Under the pieces are notes generated by a model, which did not search any database, was not told the origin of the DNA, and saw nothing but the letters and a program-made list of their open reading frames with translations. Of a stretch of DNA of 64,000 bases, positions 38,380 through 47,188 are shown piece by piece. Position numbers and translations under genes: made by a program. Each line of letters opens with the position of its first letter. Within the stretch, counting starts at the first letter, position 1. Source of the DNA: Bacteroidia bacterium (GTDB taxonomy: Bacteria > Bacteroidota > Bacteroidia > Bacteroidales > Prolixibacteraceae); contig JBAWZG010000001.1 of assembly GCA_037143155.1 (NCBI GenBank), positions 3,604 to 67,603 of the forward strand, in the 5' to 3' direction.

Positions 38380-39360
38380 ATGAAAAGCAATATATTTCAA
38401 AGAAAAAATACTGCAAGCCACAAGCTTCATGCTTCATGCTTTAGCTTGCAGCTTGCAGCTTGCAGCCGGAATTTGTATAATCTGGCATTCTTTCTGTTCG
38501 TTGCCTCAACCATACTGAGTTCGTGCGAAGATGTAATTAATGTAAAACTGAGCAAAGAAGATTTGAACCTGTTTGGAGTTGAGGCCCGAATTACCACATT
38601 GGATGGACCAACAGTTTTTCTTTATCAAACCCTGAAAGTTGATCAGGATATCAGCTATCCGGGAATCAGCGGGGCAGAAGTTACGGTTTCGGACGATGCA
38701 CGTCCTGTCAATAAAATTAGACTTGCTGAAGATCCTGCAAAACCCGGACTTTACAGCGTTCCGAAAAACTCGAATTACTTTGGTGTTGCCGGCAGGGAAT
38801 ATACTTTGAGCATCCTGTCTTCGGGAGTTACTTTAACGGCAAAAGATAAACTTTCAAAAGTTGAGCCGATCGATTCCATCGTGGTTAAGCCGTCGATGCG
38901 CGGAAATAAAATTTTCCTGGCAATTTTTACCTACGGAAGAGAACCTGCCGGATTGGGAAATTTCTACAAATGGGATGTGTTTGTAAACGACACACTGCTA
39001 AATAAAGCCGACAGGATATCAATAGCAAGTGATGAATTTGTTGATGGAAACTATATTCCTGGGCTGGAAGTCTATACTGATTTTCATGATCAGAAAAAAC
39101 CGAAGGATCGCAAACTGAATCTGAATGATACGATCGTAGTAAAACAAAACTCGATTTCAGAATTTGGGTATAACTTCTATTTTCAGATGATAAACCAAAG
39201 CAGTACCGGTTCACTGTTCAGCATTCCACCGGCCAATGTAAAAAGCAATTTCACTTCGAGCGACGGGAGACCGGTACTGGGACTATTTGCTGCAGAAGAC
39301 GTTTCGGTCTCCAATATCGTTGTAATTAATCAAGCCATTGAAGATCAGCTGACAAAATAA
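38380..39360 (+). CDS. DUF4249-like lipoprotein partner of the TonB-dependent receptor
   Basis: It starts 11 nt after the receptor stop and has the lipobox 'ILSSC'. Its size and position match the DUF4249 genes that commonly follow this receptor type. The family assignment is from memory and unverified. Confidence 0.5.
   Translation: MKSNIFQRKNTASHKLHASCFSLQLAACSRNLYNLAFFLFVASTILSSCEDVINVKLSKEDLNLFGVEARITTLDGPTVFLYQTLKVDQDISYPGISGAEVTVSDDARPVNKIRLAEDPAKPGLYSVPKNSNYFGVAGREYTLSILSSGVTLTAKDKLSKVEPIDSIVVKPSMRGNKIFLAIFTYGREPAGLGNFYKWDVFVNDTLLNKADRISIASDEFVDGNYIPGLEVYTDFHDQKKPKDRKLNLNDTIVVKQNSISEFGYNFYFQMINQSSTGSLFSIPPANVKSNFTSSDGRPVLGLFAAEDVSVSNIVVINQAIEDQLTK
38412..38464 (+). repeat. Heptanucleotide tandem repeats (GCTTCAT x2, GCTTTA, GCTTGCA x3) preceded by the inverted copy TGCAAGC
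   Basis: The array was read directly from the sequence at 38424-38464. TGCAAGC at 38412-38418 is the reverse complement of GCTTGCA. Confidence 0.85.
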
Positions 39361-39408
39361 GCTGATCTTCAATGGCCCAATATATCTTCGTTCACAACTA
39401 TTTACGAT

Positions 39409-40920
39409 CTATTTCACGGGTGTAAAAATAATGGTATCCCAGAATAGCACTCCCCAGCCCGTACAGACTAACTTAACTTTATGCACTTCGGTTTTTGAAT
39501 AGTCAACTTCTCCAAAATTCATTTTGGTACTTGATATTCTGGCATTGATGTTACTTGCTGTCCGGATTCCATCCACATAGGCATCAAAGATTGGCAAATC
39601 ATCGCCACCCGTCCAGATATTGGCACTCACTGCATATTTTCCTTTCATGATTTTGGGGGTGGTAATCTCTATGGTCCAAAAACCTAAGATCGACAGGCAA
39701 TCGCTGTGCAAAATTGGAGTACGACCATTATTAACTTTGTAATAGTAAAGCAGATAATCGCCTTCCCATTTAATATTGGCAAAAGTATTCTTGCCGTCAT
39801 GCCATTTCATGTAGTATTTGCCGATATAATCACCCTGCTGGATATCAAAAAAATCGGTTGTCTCCACTGTAATGATACCGGGTTCAGGTTCTGTTACAGG
39901 TAATAAATTATTAATAGAATGCAAGGCTCCGTTTTTTGCCGGAGTATTTGAGGCCGGAACATTGAACCCGATATACTTCTTGGTTTTGGAATTTTCATTG
40001 ATCTTATAGTCCGTATCAACCCTGACTGATATGTTATTGTCATGCGACAAAATCGGGTATAACTGGGTAATTAAATCAGAAAGGTATTCAGTACCGGTAA
40101 GACAATGATATTCCATGTACCGGTAAAATTTATTATTCAGGAAGGTTATGCTATCCGGATTAGCCCCGGTCCATTTTATTAAGTCGTTTACAGAATGAAT
40201 TCCATAGCGGTTATAGATCGTATCAGCTACGGCCAGGACGGTAAACCGCGTGCGTGCAACCCGTTTCCCATATGGAAACCGAATCAGCTGAAGGGTGTCT
40301 TTCAATCCGGACTTCAGAAGTCCTTCAGCAAATATCTTGTACGATGGATTTTCAGCAATTATGGTGTAAATATCTTTCGTAATAGGGTCAATCACCTTAT
40401 TTAGGACATGTACATATCCGTTGGCAACCCGAATATCCCGTTTGATAATTTTTGCATATTTATTAATGATAATGTCTGCTCCCTCAAATTCAGTTACCAG
40501 GAAATCGCCAATGGCATTGGTATCACGAAGAGCACCCAGACCGATATCACCTGTTGTTATCTCAGCTACAATGATGTGGTTACGAACTAAATCCACAAGT
40601 GCATTCATGGGAAAATCCATCAATGAGCTCATATTTTTTTGCTTGTAATAGGCAAACATGGCCTCGTTGTTCGGAATCAAAACGGTGTAAGGTCCGCGAA
40701 TTCCAAGTAAAGGTCCGTAACCGGTCACTTCAACCAGTTTTGCAAATTCAGAATAATCCGGATTGCTTGAAATATAATCCCCGGCAACCTGATCAGTAGA
40801 TTTTAGCTTCCATATTTGAGGTTCCTGAGTACAATAACAAAGAAGGAAAATGGCAAATACTCCAAAAAAGATTGCCGTTTGATATTTGTAAATCGCTTTA
40901 AATAAACATGAAATATTCAT
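39409..40920 (-). CDS. Lipoprotein with two fasciclin (FAS1) domains and a C-terminal beta-rich domain (paralog A)
   Basis: FAS1 motifs 'GPYTVLIPNNEAM', 'ANGYVHVLNKVIDP', 'FTVLAVADT' and 'KNGALHSINNLLP' are present. The ATG at 40920 (MNISCLFKAIYKYQ) aligns with the paralog's N-terminus, whereas the track start at 40974 is TTG. Confidence 0.8.
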   Translation of the reverse strand: MNISCLFKAIYKYQTAIFFGVFAIFLLCYCTQEPQIWKLKSTDQVAGDYISSNPDYSEFAKLVEVTGYGPLLGIRGPYTVLIPNNEAMFAYYKQKNMSSLMDFPMNALVDLVRNHIIVAEITTGDIGLGALRDTNAIGDFLVTEFEGADIIINKYAKIIKRDIRVANGYVHVLNKVIDPITKDIYTIIAENPSYKIFAEGLLKSGLKDTLQLIRFPYGKRVARTRFTVLAVADTIYNRYGIHSVNDLIKWTGANPDSITFLNNKFYRYMEYHCLTGTEYLSDLITQLYPILSHDNNISVRVDTDYKINENSKTKKYIGFNVPASNTPAKNGALHSINNLLPVTEPEPGIITVETTDFFDIQQGDYIGKYYMKWHDGKNTFANIKWEGDYLLYYYKVNNGRTPILHSDCLSILGFWTIEITTPKIMKGKYAVSANIWTGGDDLPIFDAYVDGIRTASNINARISSTKMNFGEVDYSKTEVHKVKLVCTGWGVLFWDTIIFTPVK

Positions 40921-41009
40921 GATATGTAGGTTTTGTTTGGATATTTTACAAATTGAATCATCAATCAGAAGCAATATAAAAAGTTGATTAGCAAATACTT
41001 ACGATTGAA

Positions 41010-42530
41010 TTATTTAATCGGCTTAAATTGGACATAATCCCAAAATACCATGCCATAGAAATAATTTTCTAATCGTATGGTATGCCTGCTGGTTGTTTTA
41101 AAATCGACATCAGCAACCTTCTGTAATCCGCCACTTCCGCCTGTTCTTGCTCCCAGATAATTAATAGGTGTCATCACATCATCAATGTAGACTCTGCAGG
41201 ATGTTACATCCCCCCAGTTTGGTTGATAGATCGAGACTTCCCATTTTCCTTTCATCACTTTTGGAAAAGTGACAGAAAGCGAAAACCAACCGATCATTTG
41301 CAAGCAATCATCATTCTTAAGAACACCGCCTGTTCCGGCCACTTTAAAGTGATACTGCAGATAATCACCTACCCAATGAATATCGGCAAAGCTATTTTCT
41401 CCATCGGAAAATTTCTGATAATGCGTCTTAAAATATTCTCCCTGCTTAAAATCAAAAAAATCGGTAGTCTCATAAGTAATCGTAGTAGGGTCAGGATCAA
41501 TTACTGGCAATAAATCATTAATGGCATGAATTGCACCATTTTTTGCGGGAACATTGCACCCGGGAATATTAAAGGCCGTGTACTTTTGGGTTTTTGGAAA
41601 AAGATTAATTTTATAGTCCGTGTTAATGGTCATTGAGACATTGTTATCAGAAGATAATATCGGATATAAAGTTGATTCAAACGTATTTAAATAATAAGTA
41701 CCAATTAAACAATGGTATTCCATGTACCGGTAAAACGGATTATTCAGGTAAGTCACGCTGTCAGGATTTGCACCTGTCCACTTAATCAGATCTTTAACAT
41801 TTTGGATTCCATGACGCTGATAAATGGTATCCGGGACAGCCAATATCGTAAAGCGGGTACGGGCAGTTCGGTTGCCGTATTTAAAAGTAATGATCTGTAG
41901 CGTGTCTTTTATACCTGAAATTTTCAGTCCTTCAGCAAAAATTTTGTATGAAGGATCATCAGACAATACAGTGTATATGTCTTTGATAACGGGATCAATA
42001 ACCCGATCGATGATCTGGGCATAGCCATTGGCCAGTCGAACATCCCGGTTGATAATTTTTGATTTTTTATTCAAAATAATATCGGAACCCTGAAATTCAG
42101 TAACCAGATAATCACCTAACGCATTGGTATCGCGAACCGCACCAAGACCAATGTCTCCGGAAGATATTTCGTTTGTAATCAAATGATTGCGGACGAGTTG
42201 ATGGAGAAAATCGATACTAAAATCATCCAGTGATTTTTTGCCATTTTCCTTATAGTAGGCAAACATAGCATCGTTGTTTGGAAGCATGACGGTGTAAGGT
42301 CCACGAATCTTTAATAAAGGTCCATATCCGGTGACTTCAACCAGTTTTGCAAATTCTGAAAACTCCGGTCTACTCAAAATAAAATCACCCGCAACCTGAT
42401 CAGAAGATTTTTTCTTCCATATTTGAGGTTCTTGTGTACAGAAACTTAGAAGAAGAATTGCAAATACTCCAAAAATAATTACCCTTTGATATCTGGGAAT
42501 AGCTTTAAATAAGAGAGAAACATTCATCAT
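41010..42530 (-). CDS. Lipoprotein with two fasciclin (FAS1) domains and a C-terminal beta-rich domain (paralog B)
   Basis: 'GPYTVMLPNNDAM', 'ANGYAQIIDRVIDP', 'FTILAVPDT' and 'KNGAIHAINDLLP' are present. It is collinear with paralog A over its whole length. Confidence 0.8.
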   Translation of the reverse strand: MMNVSLLFKAIPRYQRVIIFGVFAILLLSFCTQEPQIWKKKSSDQVAGDFILSRPEFSEFAKLVEVTGYGPLLKIRGPYTVMLPNNDAMFAYYKENGKKSLDDFSIDFLHQLVRNHLITNEISSGDIGLGAVRDTNALGDYLVTEFQGSDIILNKKSKIINRDVRLANGYAQIIDRVIDPVIKDIYTVLSDDPSYKIFAEGLKISGIKDTLQIITFKYGNRTARTRFTILAVPDTIYQRHGIQNVKDLIKWTGANPDSVTYLNNPFYRYMEYHCLIGTYYLNTFESTLYPILSSDNNVSMTINTDYKINLFPKTQKYTAFNIPGCNVPAKNGAIHAINDLLPVIDPDPTTITYETTDFFDFKQGEYFKTHYQKFSDGENSFADIHWVGDYLQYHFKVAGTGGVLKNDDCLQMIGWFSLSVTFPKVMKGKWEVSIYQPNWGDVTSCRVYIDDVMTPINYLGARTGGSGGLQKVADVDFKTTSRHTIRLENYFYGMVFWDYVQFKPIK

Positions 42531-42706
42531 AGAGAGGTCTGGTTGGTTAAGTCCGTTAATTCAGTTTATGTGGATTGGCAACGATTAATTCTGTTTAATA
42601 CGATGTAAAGATATGTTTTATGTATTATTACGAAAATATCTGGCTTTGTATTTCTAAATGCCCAGAAATGCTTAAGCATTCCTATGCATTCAGACAACCG
42701 GAAACC

Positions 42707-45502
42707 CTATTTCATTTCAAAACAAATGGTTGGATCTATTGGATAACGGCCAAAGTTTTCACCATAGATCGCCAGTCCACCCGGAAATGACGAATCAACC
42801 TCAAATCGAACCAGCAAATCTTTCCCCTGGCTTTGTTTGATGAGTGAAACTGGAATATTGGCCTCCACCAGATAACCATACGAACCAGCTTCTTTCAGCG
42901 TTTTATCATGTTTTTGCGAATTCCATGAAAGAATTCCGCGATGATCTGCCGGATCATCTTCCAGATTAAAGGATCCAAGGCAAGTGTTATTCACGAAAAT
43001 TTTCACGATGGTAGGAAATTTCTTCTCATCGGTCATCGGATATGAATTTGGATTCAGGCTTGGGTCGTTTGTTCCTTTTCCGGTCATGTAATCACCGTCA
43101 ATTTTGGTCGAACCCGGCTTATCTTTGCCGAACAATTGCTTGGCCGACAACTCAGCAATGATGCGCACTGAAGAAAGCTCATCAACTTTTAAGTTAGCCG
43201 GAAGTTCAACCTGGTATTCAAAGTAGCCTGAACCTGCGCCGTTCACTTTTAACCCATCCAGAACATTCCATTGTTTTAGTGTCCATTTTGTGTCAGTAAA
43301 GGTGTTTGGCGCAAAACGAACTAATTGTATTTGTTTGCCGTTTTGCTGAATTGTTTCATTGCGCGGTGATTGGCCGTTTGCAACCTTGAACGTGGTGAAA
43401 TTGCGTGCCAGAACTTGTCCTGAAAGGGTTTCCAGGCTCATCCGAAGAACGGCCACCGATTGCTTAGCCGGCATTTGGATGGATAATTTGCCAATGTCTT
43501 TGGTCATCCATGGTGTGTAAGGTGCATTCAGTGAATAGTTTGAATACGTTTCAAATCGTCCAAGATTATCCCAGCCACACAATTCGGCTTTGACAACAAG
43601 GTTTGTCGCTGCCAGCTGATCGTTCAGAACCGACAAGTAAACAGGAACATCAATTTTTGCAGACGGAACAACCGTTTGACAAAGTTCACTTCCGGTACTG
43701 ATGTAATACGGATTGTGTAGATCATTGATGGTCATTCCTGGCATTAGGTCTTCTATTCCTGTATATTTGTGCGAACGGTCGAAGCGGTAGTAACCGTTCC
43801 ATTCGTTAATCACATCATGATGCTCGGTGTACAGCCAACCGCACATTTTAGGGTGAATCCTGAATTCGTTCATCATGATGTGGTAATCCCAGCTCCAGTC
43901 CACATCGCCGGTACTTCCGTCATATCCCCAGACGTTTCCGCATTCGCTGTTCAGCATCGGCTGATTTCCCTGTTTATTTCCACCGATAAAATTCCAAGTC
44001 GAACCCGGATAAGTATTGGCAACTGTTTCGTCCAGCATTTTTTTCCAGTCGTAACCGGGCAAATAAGCATGCCATGAGTTTAAATCGGTCACCACATGGT
44101 CGTTGTTGCAGGCCGAGTTGTCTTCGATTAACCGGCTTTGATCCAAACTTTTTGCCTTTTTATACATATCGGCAACCCAGGCCTGTGTTTCAGGATAGTA
44201 AGCTCGTTTGCCGTCTTTCTTCGAAAAAAGGCCCCAGGTTTCGTTGTATAAAATCCAGGAGAAAATGGCCGGGTGATTGTAATCCCGTTTAATCATGCCA
44301 CGCATTGCAAATTCTGATTCTTTCTGCATATCGGCATCGGGCTCGCCCCACGAATTGGGAACATCGGCCATAATGAGAAGCCCAAGTTTGTCGGCCCAGT
44401 AGAGTTTTCGCGGAACTTCAACTTTGATGTGAATTCGGTTTCCATTCAGACCGATTCGCTTGGACATCAGGATTTCATTCCGCATAAATTCGTCGCTTGG
44501 AAAAGTATAGAAACCATCAGGATGATAGGATTGATCGAGTGTCAGTTGAAGATAAATGGGTTTGTTGTTCAAGGCAACATATGGATAGTCGCTTCCGGGA
44601 AGTTTGGTGACGCTGATTTTTCGCATGCCAAAATAAGTCGAAACCTGATCCAGGTCTTTTCCTTCGTTAACCAGTGAGACTTCAGTTTCATAAAGAAACG
44701 GATCATCCAGATTCCAAAGACGGACATTCGGAATAGCAATTTCAAACTGAGTTTGTTTTTCGCCCATTTTGACTTTTGCACTGACGGTCTGAACAGCTCC
44801 GGTGTTGAATTTCACTTTTATTTCGGTGTTTTTCCCAGCTGGCTGGTTCAAGGAAACCTCAACTTTCACTTTGTCATTATCGATATCCGGATTAAAATGG
44901 ATCATGTCGACGTAATTACTGCCACGGGCTTCGAGGTAAACGGTTTGCCAGAAACCTTTGGCATCGCCGTAACCTTGTTTTCCATAGAGTTTGAAAGGAA
45001 GGTTGGAATCATCGACCTTGAAAACCAGGTTTTGCTCACTTCCCCAGGTGACGTTTGAAGTGAGTTCAAATTCGAAAGGCGTATATCCGCCACGATTTGA
45101 ACCTACCGGTTTGCCTGCTAACCAACCTGTTGTAGTCCAGTCGCTGGCACCAACAACCACGAAAATCCGCTTGTTTTTCCAGCTTTCAGGAATTTTAATT
45201 TTGCGGGTGTACCAGGCAATATCGGCTTCGTTGGCCACTTCCGAAAGTTTGCTTCCCCAAGGAAAAGGAACCAGAATTTTCTTGGTAAATGCATTTGGGT
45301 TTTCGAACCATTTTTGTGTTTCACCTACATTTTCCTTATCGAACATGAAATTCCAGTGCCCATTCAGGTTGATCCAGTCGGATCGCATGAAATCAGGACG
45401 GGGATGCTCAGGTAATGGGATATTTTCAGTCTGCGGAGTTTGACTGTTTGCTGAAAGGTAAAAGCAAAAGATGAATGTGAATAGGAAAAACTGGTTTTTC
45501 AT
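42707..45502 (-). CDS. Glycoside hydrolase family 2 (beta-galactosidase/beta-mannosidase-like) with a long C-terminal extension
   Basis: It has a signal peptide, a GH2 sugar-binding N-domain ('WNFMFD', 'WYTRKIKIP') and a TIM barrel with 'NGNRIHIKV', the acid/base 'WILYNETWG' and 'NSECGNVWG'. Confidence 0.8.
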   Translation of the reverse strand: MKNQFFLFTFIFCFYLSANSQTPQTENIPLPEHPRPDFMRSDWINLNGHWNFMFDKENVGETQKWFENPNAFTKKILVPFPWGSKLSEVANEADIAWYTRKIKIPESWKNKRIFVVVGASDWTTTGWLAGKPVGSNRGGYTPFEFELTSNVTWGSEQNLVFKVDDSNLPFKLYGKQGYGDAKGFWQTVYLEARGSNYVDMIHFNPDIDNDKVKVEVSLNQPAGKNTEIKVKFNTGAVQTVSAKVKMGEKQTQFEIAIPNVRLWNLDDPFLYETEVSLVNEGKDLDQVSTYFGMRKISVTKLPGSDYPYVALNNKPIYLQLTLDQSYHPDGFYTFPSDEFMRNEILMSKRIGLNGNRIHIKVEVPRKLYWADKLGLLIMADVPNSWGEPDADMQKESEFAMRGMIKRDYNHPAIFSWILYNETWGLFSKKDGKRAYYPETQAWVADMYKKAKSLDQSRLIEDNSACNNDHVVTDLNSWHAYLPGYDWKKMLDETVANTYPGSTWNFIGGNKQGNQPMLNSECGNVWGYDGSTGDVDWSWDYHIMMNEFRIHPKMCGWLYTEHHDVINEWNGYYRFDRSHKYTGIEDLMPGMTINDLHNPYYISTGSELCQTVVPSAKIDVPVYLSVLNDQLAATNLVVKAELCGWDNLGRFETYSNYSLNAPYTPWMTKDIGKLSIQMPAKQSVAVLRMSLETLSGQVLARNFTTFKVANGQSPRNETIQQNGKQIQLVRFAPNTFTDTKWTLKQWNVLDGLKVNGAGSGYFEYQVELPANLKVDELSSVRIIAELSAKQLFGKDKPGSTKIDGDYMTGKGTNDPSLNPNSYPMTDEKKFPTIVKIFVNNTCLGSFNLEDDPADHRGILSWNSQKHDKTLKEAGSYGYLVEANIPVSLIKQSQGKDLLVRFEVDSSFPGGLAIYGENFGRYPIDPTICFEMK

Positions 45503-45520
45503 AGGTTTTGTTTAGCGTGC

Positions 45521-45528
45521 CAAATTTA
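45521..45528 (-). promoter_or_regulatory. Candidate -7 promoter box for the GH2-FAS1-FAS1 unit
   Basis: The minus strand reads TAAATTTG (TAnnTTTG), 19 nt upstream of the GH2 ATG. Confidence 0.4.
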
Positions 45529-45723
45529 GTATAAAAACATTTTGGAATAATGAAAAGCAACAGTAATTTGAAGAACCCATTAAACTTGTTTATTTCCATG
45601 CAAAAGCTCAGTTTGGCCGGCCTATGCAAATATTAATTTTTCAATTAAACATGCAACAAGCGGATGGCCCCAAATTTCAATTTCTACTATTCCAGACAAG
45701 AGGTGGTTTTGAACCCATAGGTT

Positions 45724-45815
45724 TCAAAGGTTTGTAGAAAGTAATGAATTATCAGAGTCTACGACCCCGAAGGAGTCGAACGAAATGGACACAGCTTCAA
45801 TCTATAAACCTTTGA
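45724..45815. repeat. Inverted-repeat-bounded hairpin element
   Basis: tcaaaggtttgtag (45724-45737) matches the reverse complement of ctataaacctttga (45802-45815) at 13 of 14 positions. The internal hairpin is cgaccccgaaggagtcg (45762-45778). Confidence 0.4.
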
Positions 45816-45856
45816 CCTCCCTGAAGTCAACAATCTGATTGGTGCGGTTGGTCGCA

Positions 45857-47089
45857 CTATTTGGTGGGAGCACTCAAATATTTTCCTGAGATAAACCGGA
45901 TAGGATACCAGGCTGCCAAAAACCCAATGCCGGTAACGAGAAGAAAAATGGCTGCCAGATCACCCATCCGGATCTCGACCGGGTAACTCGAAAAGATGAA
46001 TGAACCCTCGTTGCCCGGAATTTTCAGAATTCCATATTTAATTTGAATCCAGCAAATCAGGATTCCCAGAATCAGGCCGAAAACAGCTCCGGCTAATGAA
46101 ATCATCCAGCCTTCGAAAAGAAAAATGGTGCGGATCATTTTCTGGTTGGCACCCATGCTCTGAAGAATAGCAATGTCGGCCGTCTTGTCGATAATCAACA
46201 TCGAGAGCGATCCAAGGATATTGAAAGAAGCAATAACCAGGATAAAACCGAGAATGATAAAAATGGCCCATTTCTCGGATTTCATCACCCTGTAAAAAAG
46301 TTCGTGCTGCTCGAACTGCGTTTTTACCACAAACTTTTCGCCCAGTATCCGGCGAATTTCAGGCTGCACGGATTCCCCCGAAATACCTTTCTTTAGCCCA
46401 AGTTCCACCGCACTGACCCGGGTTCCCATTTGAAATAGTTCCTGCGCATAAGCGAATGGAACCATCACGTATTTCGAATCGATTTCCTGTTGGTTGGCAA
46501 AAACTCCGGAAGCATAAATGGTACTGTGATTAAACGCATTGGACAGCGATGGCCTGCCATTGACTCCTTTTTTCAGGGTATAAATATGTACCGGATCGGT
46601 AAAATTTAACCCCACCGATAAATAGTAGGCAACTCCCTGACCAACTACTGCATAGGGAATTTGTTTGGCCTCGAGGAGAAACCGGCCGCTGGTAATGCAA
46701 CTGGTGTCGAGACCTGAAGTTTCACTGTAATTAACCGGGACACCTTTGATCGTGGCAAAATACTCGCGGTCTCCATACCTGAGCATGGCGTCTTCTTCGA
46801 TCACAGGTGTTACCGACACAATTCCACTCAATTTTTTAATGCCATCAAAATCACCATCTTTCAGTTCGAAGGATTTGCCTTTTGCTGCAGAAATTTTGAT
46901 ATCCGGATCGAATGACGAGAATAAGGTTTTGATTGAAGTATCGAGTCCGTTGAAAACAGAAAGGATGACAATCAGGGCAAATGTGCCAACGGTTACCCCG
47001 GCAATCGAAATCCCGGAAATGATGTTGATTACATTGACCGATTTTTTCGAAATCAGGTAACGGCGGGCTATATAGAAGGCGGTTTTCAA
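45857..47089 (-). CDS. FtsX-like ABC transporter permease (LolC/LolE-type)
   Basis: It has 'FYIARRYLISKK', a large periplasmic loop after TM1 and a C-terminal three-TM FtsX domain. The start codon is TTG, with no in-frame ATG upstream. Confidence 0.85.
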   Translation of the reverse strand: MKTAFYIARRYLISKKSVNVINIISGISIAGVTVGTFALIVILSVFNGLDTSIKTLFSSFDPDIKISAAKGKSFELKDGDFDGIKKLSGIVSVTPVIEEDAMLRYGDREYFATIKGVPVNYSETSGLDTSCITSGRFLLEAKQIPYAVVGQGVAYYLSVGLNFTDPVHIYTLKKGVNGRPSLSNAFNHSTIYASGVFANQQEIDSKYVMVPFAYAQELFQMGTRVSAVELGLKKGISGESVQPEIRRILGEKFVVKTQFEQHELFYRVMKSEKWAIFIILGFILVIASFNILGSLSMLIIDKTADIAILQSMGANQKMIRTIFLFEGWMISLAGAVFGLILGILICWIQIKYGILKIPGNEGSFIFSSYPVEIRMGDLAAIFLLVTGIGFLAAWYPIRFISGKYLSAPTK

Positions 47090-47091
47090 TG

Positions 47092-47182
47092 GTTAATGAT
47101 TAATGGTCAATGATCAATTAACTGAAATCATAGTATTCGTCGATGCGAAATAATGAATTATCATTGAGAATTTATCATTAAC
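47092..47182. repeat. Long imperfect inverted repeat of ATCATT/AATGAT words between the methyltransferase and permease genes
   Basis: gttaatgat (47092-47100) pairs with atcattaac (47174-47182). tcaatgat (47107-47114) pairs with atcattga (47160-47167). aatt (47116-47119) pairs with aatt (47156-47159). Confidence 0.5.
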
Positions 47183-47188
47183 AATTTA

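Noticed and set aside
42667-42680. 14-bp perfect palindrome AATGCTTAAGCATT between the GH2 gene and the first FAS1 gene
   Set aside because: As RNA it can form only a 5-bp stem with a 4-nt loop, and it has no U-tract. That is too weak to call a terminator, and a single short palindrome is not enough to call an operator.
44991-45443. 150-aa antisense ORF inside the GH2 gene; similarly 53810-54259 across the MFP/RND junction and 25867-26223 inside the LamG-repeat gene
   Set aside because: These are shadow ORFs without start context, signal or motif. Each opposite strand carries a confidently assigned gene.
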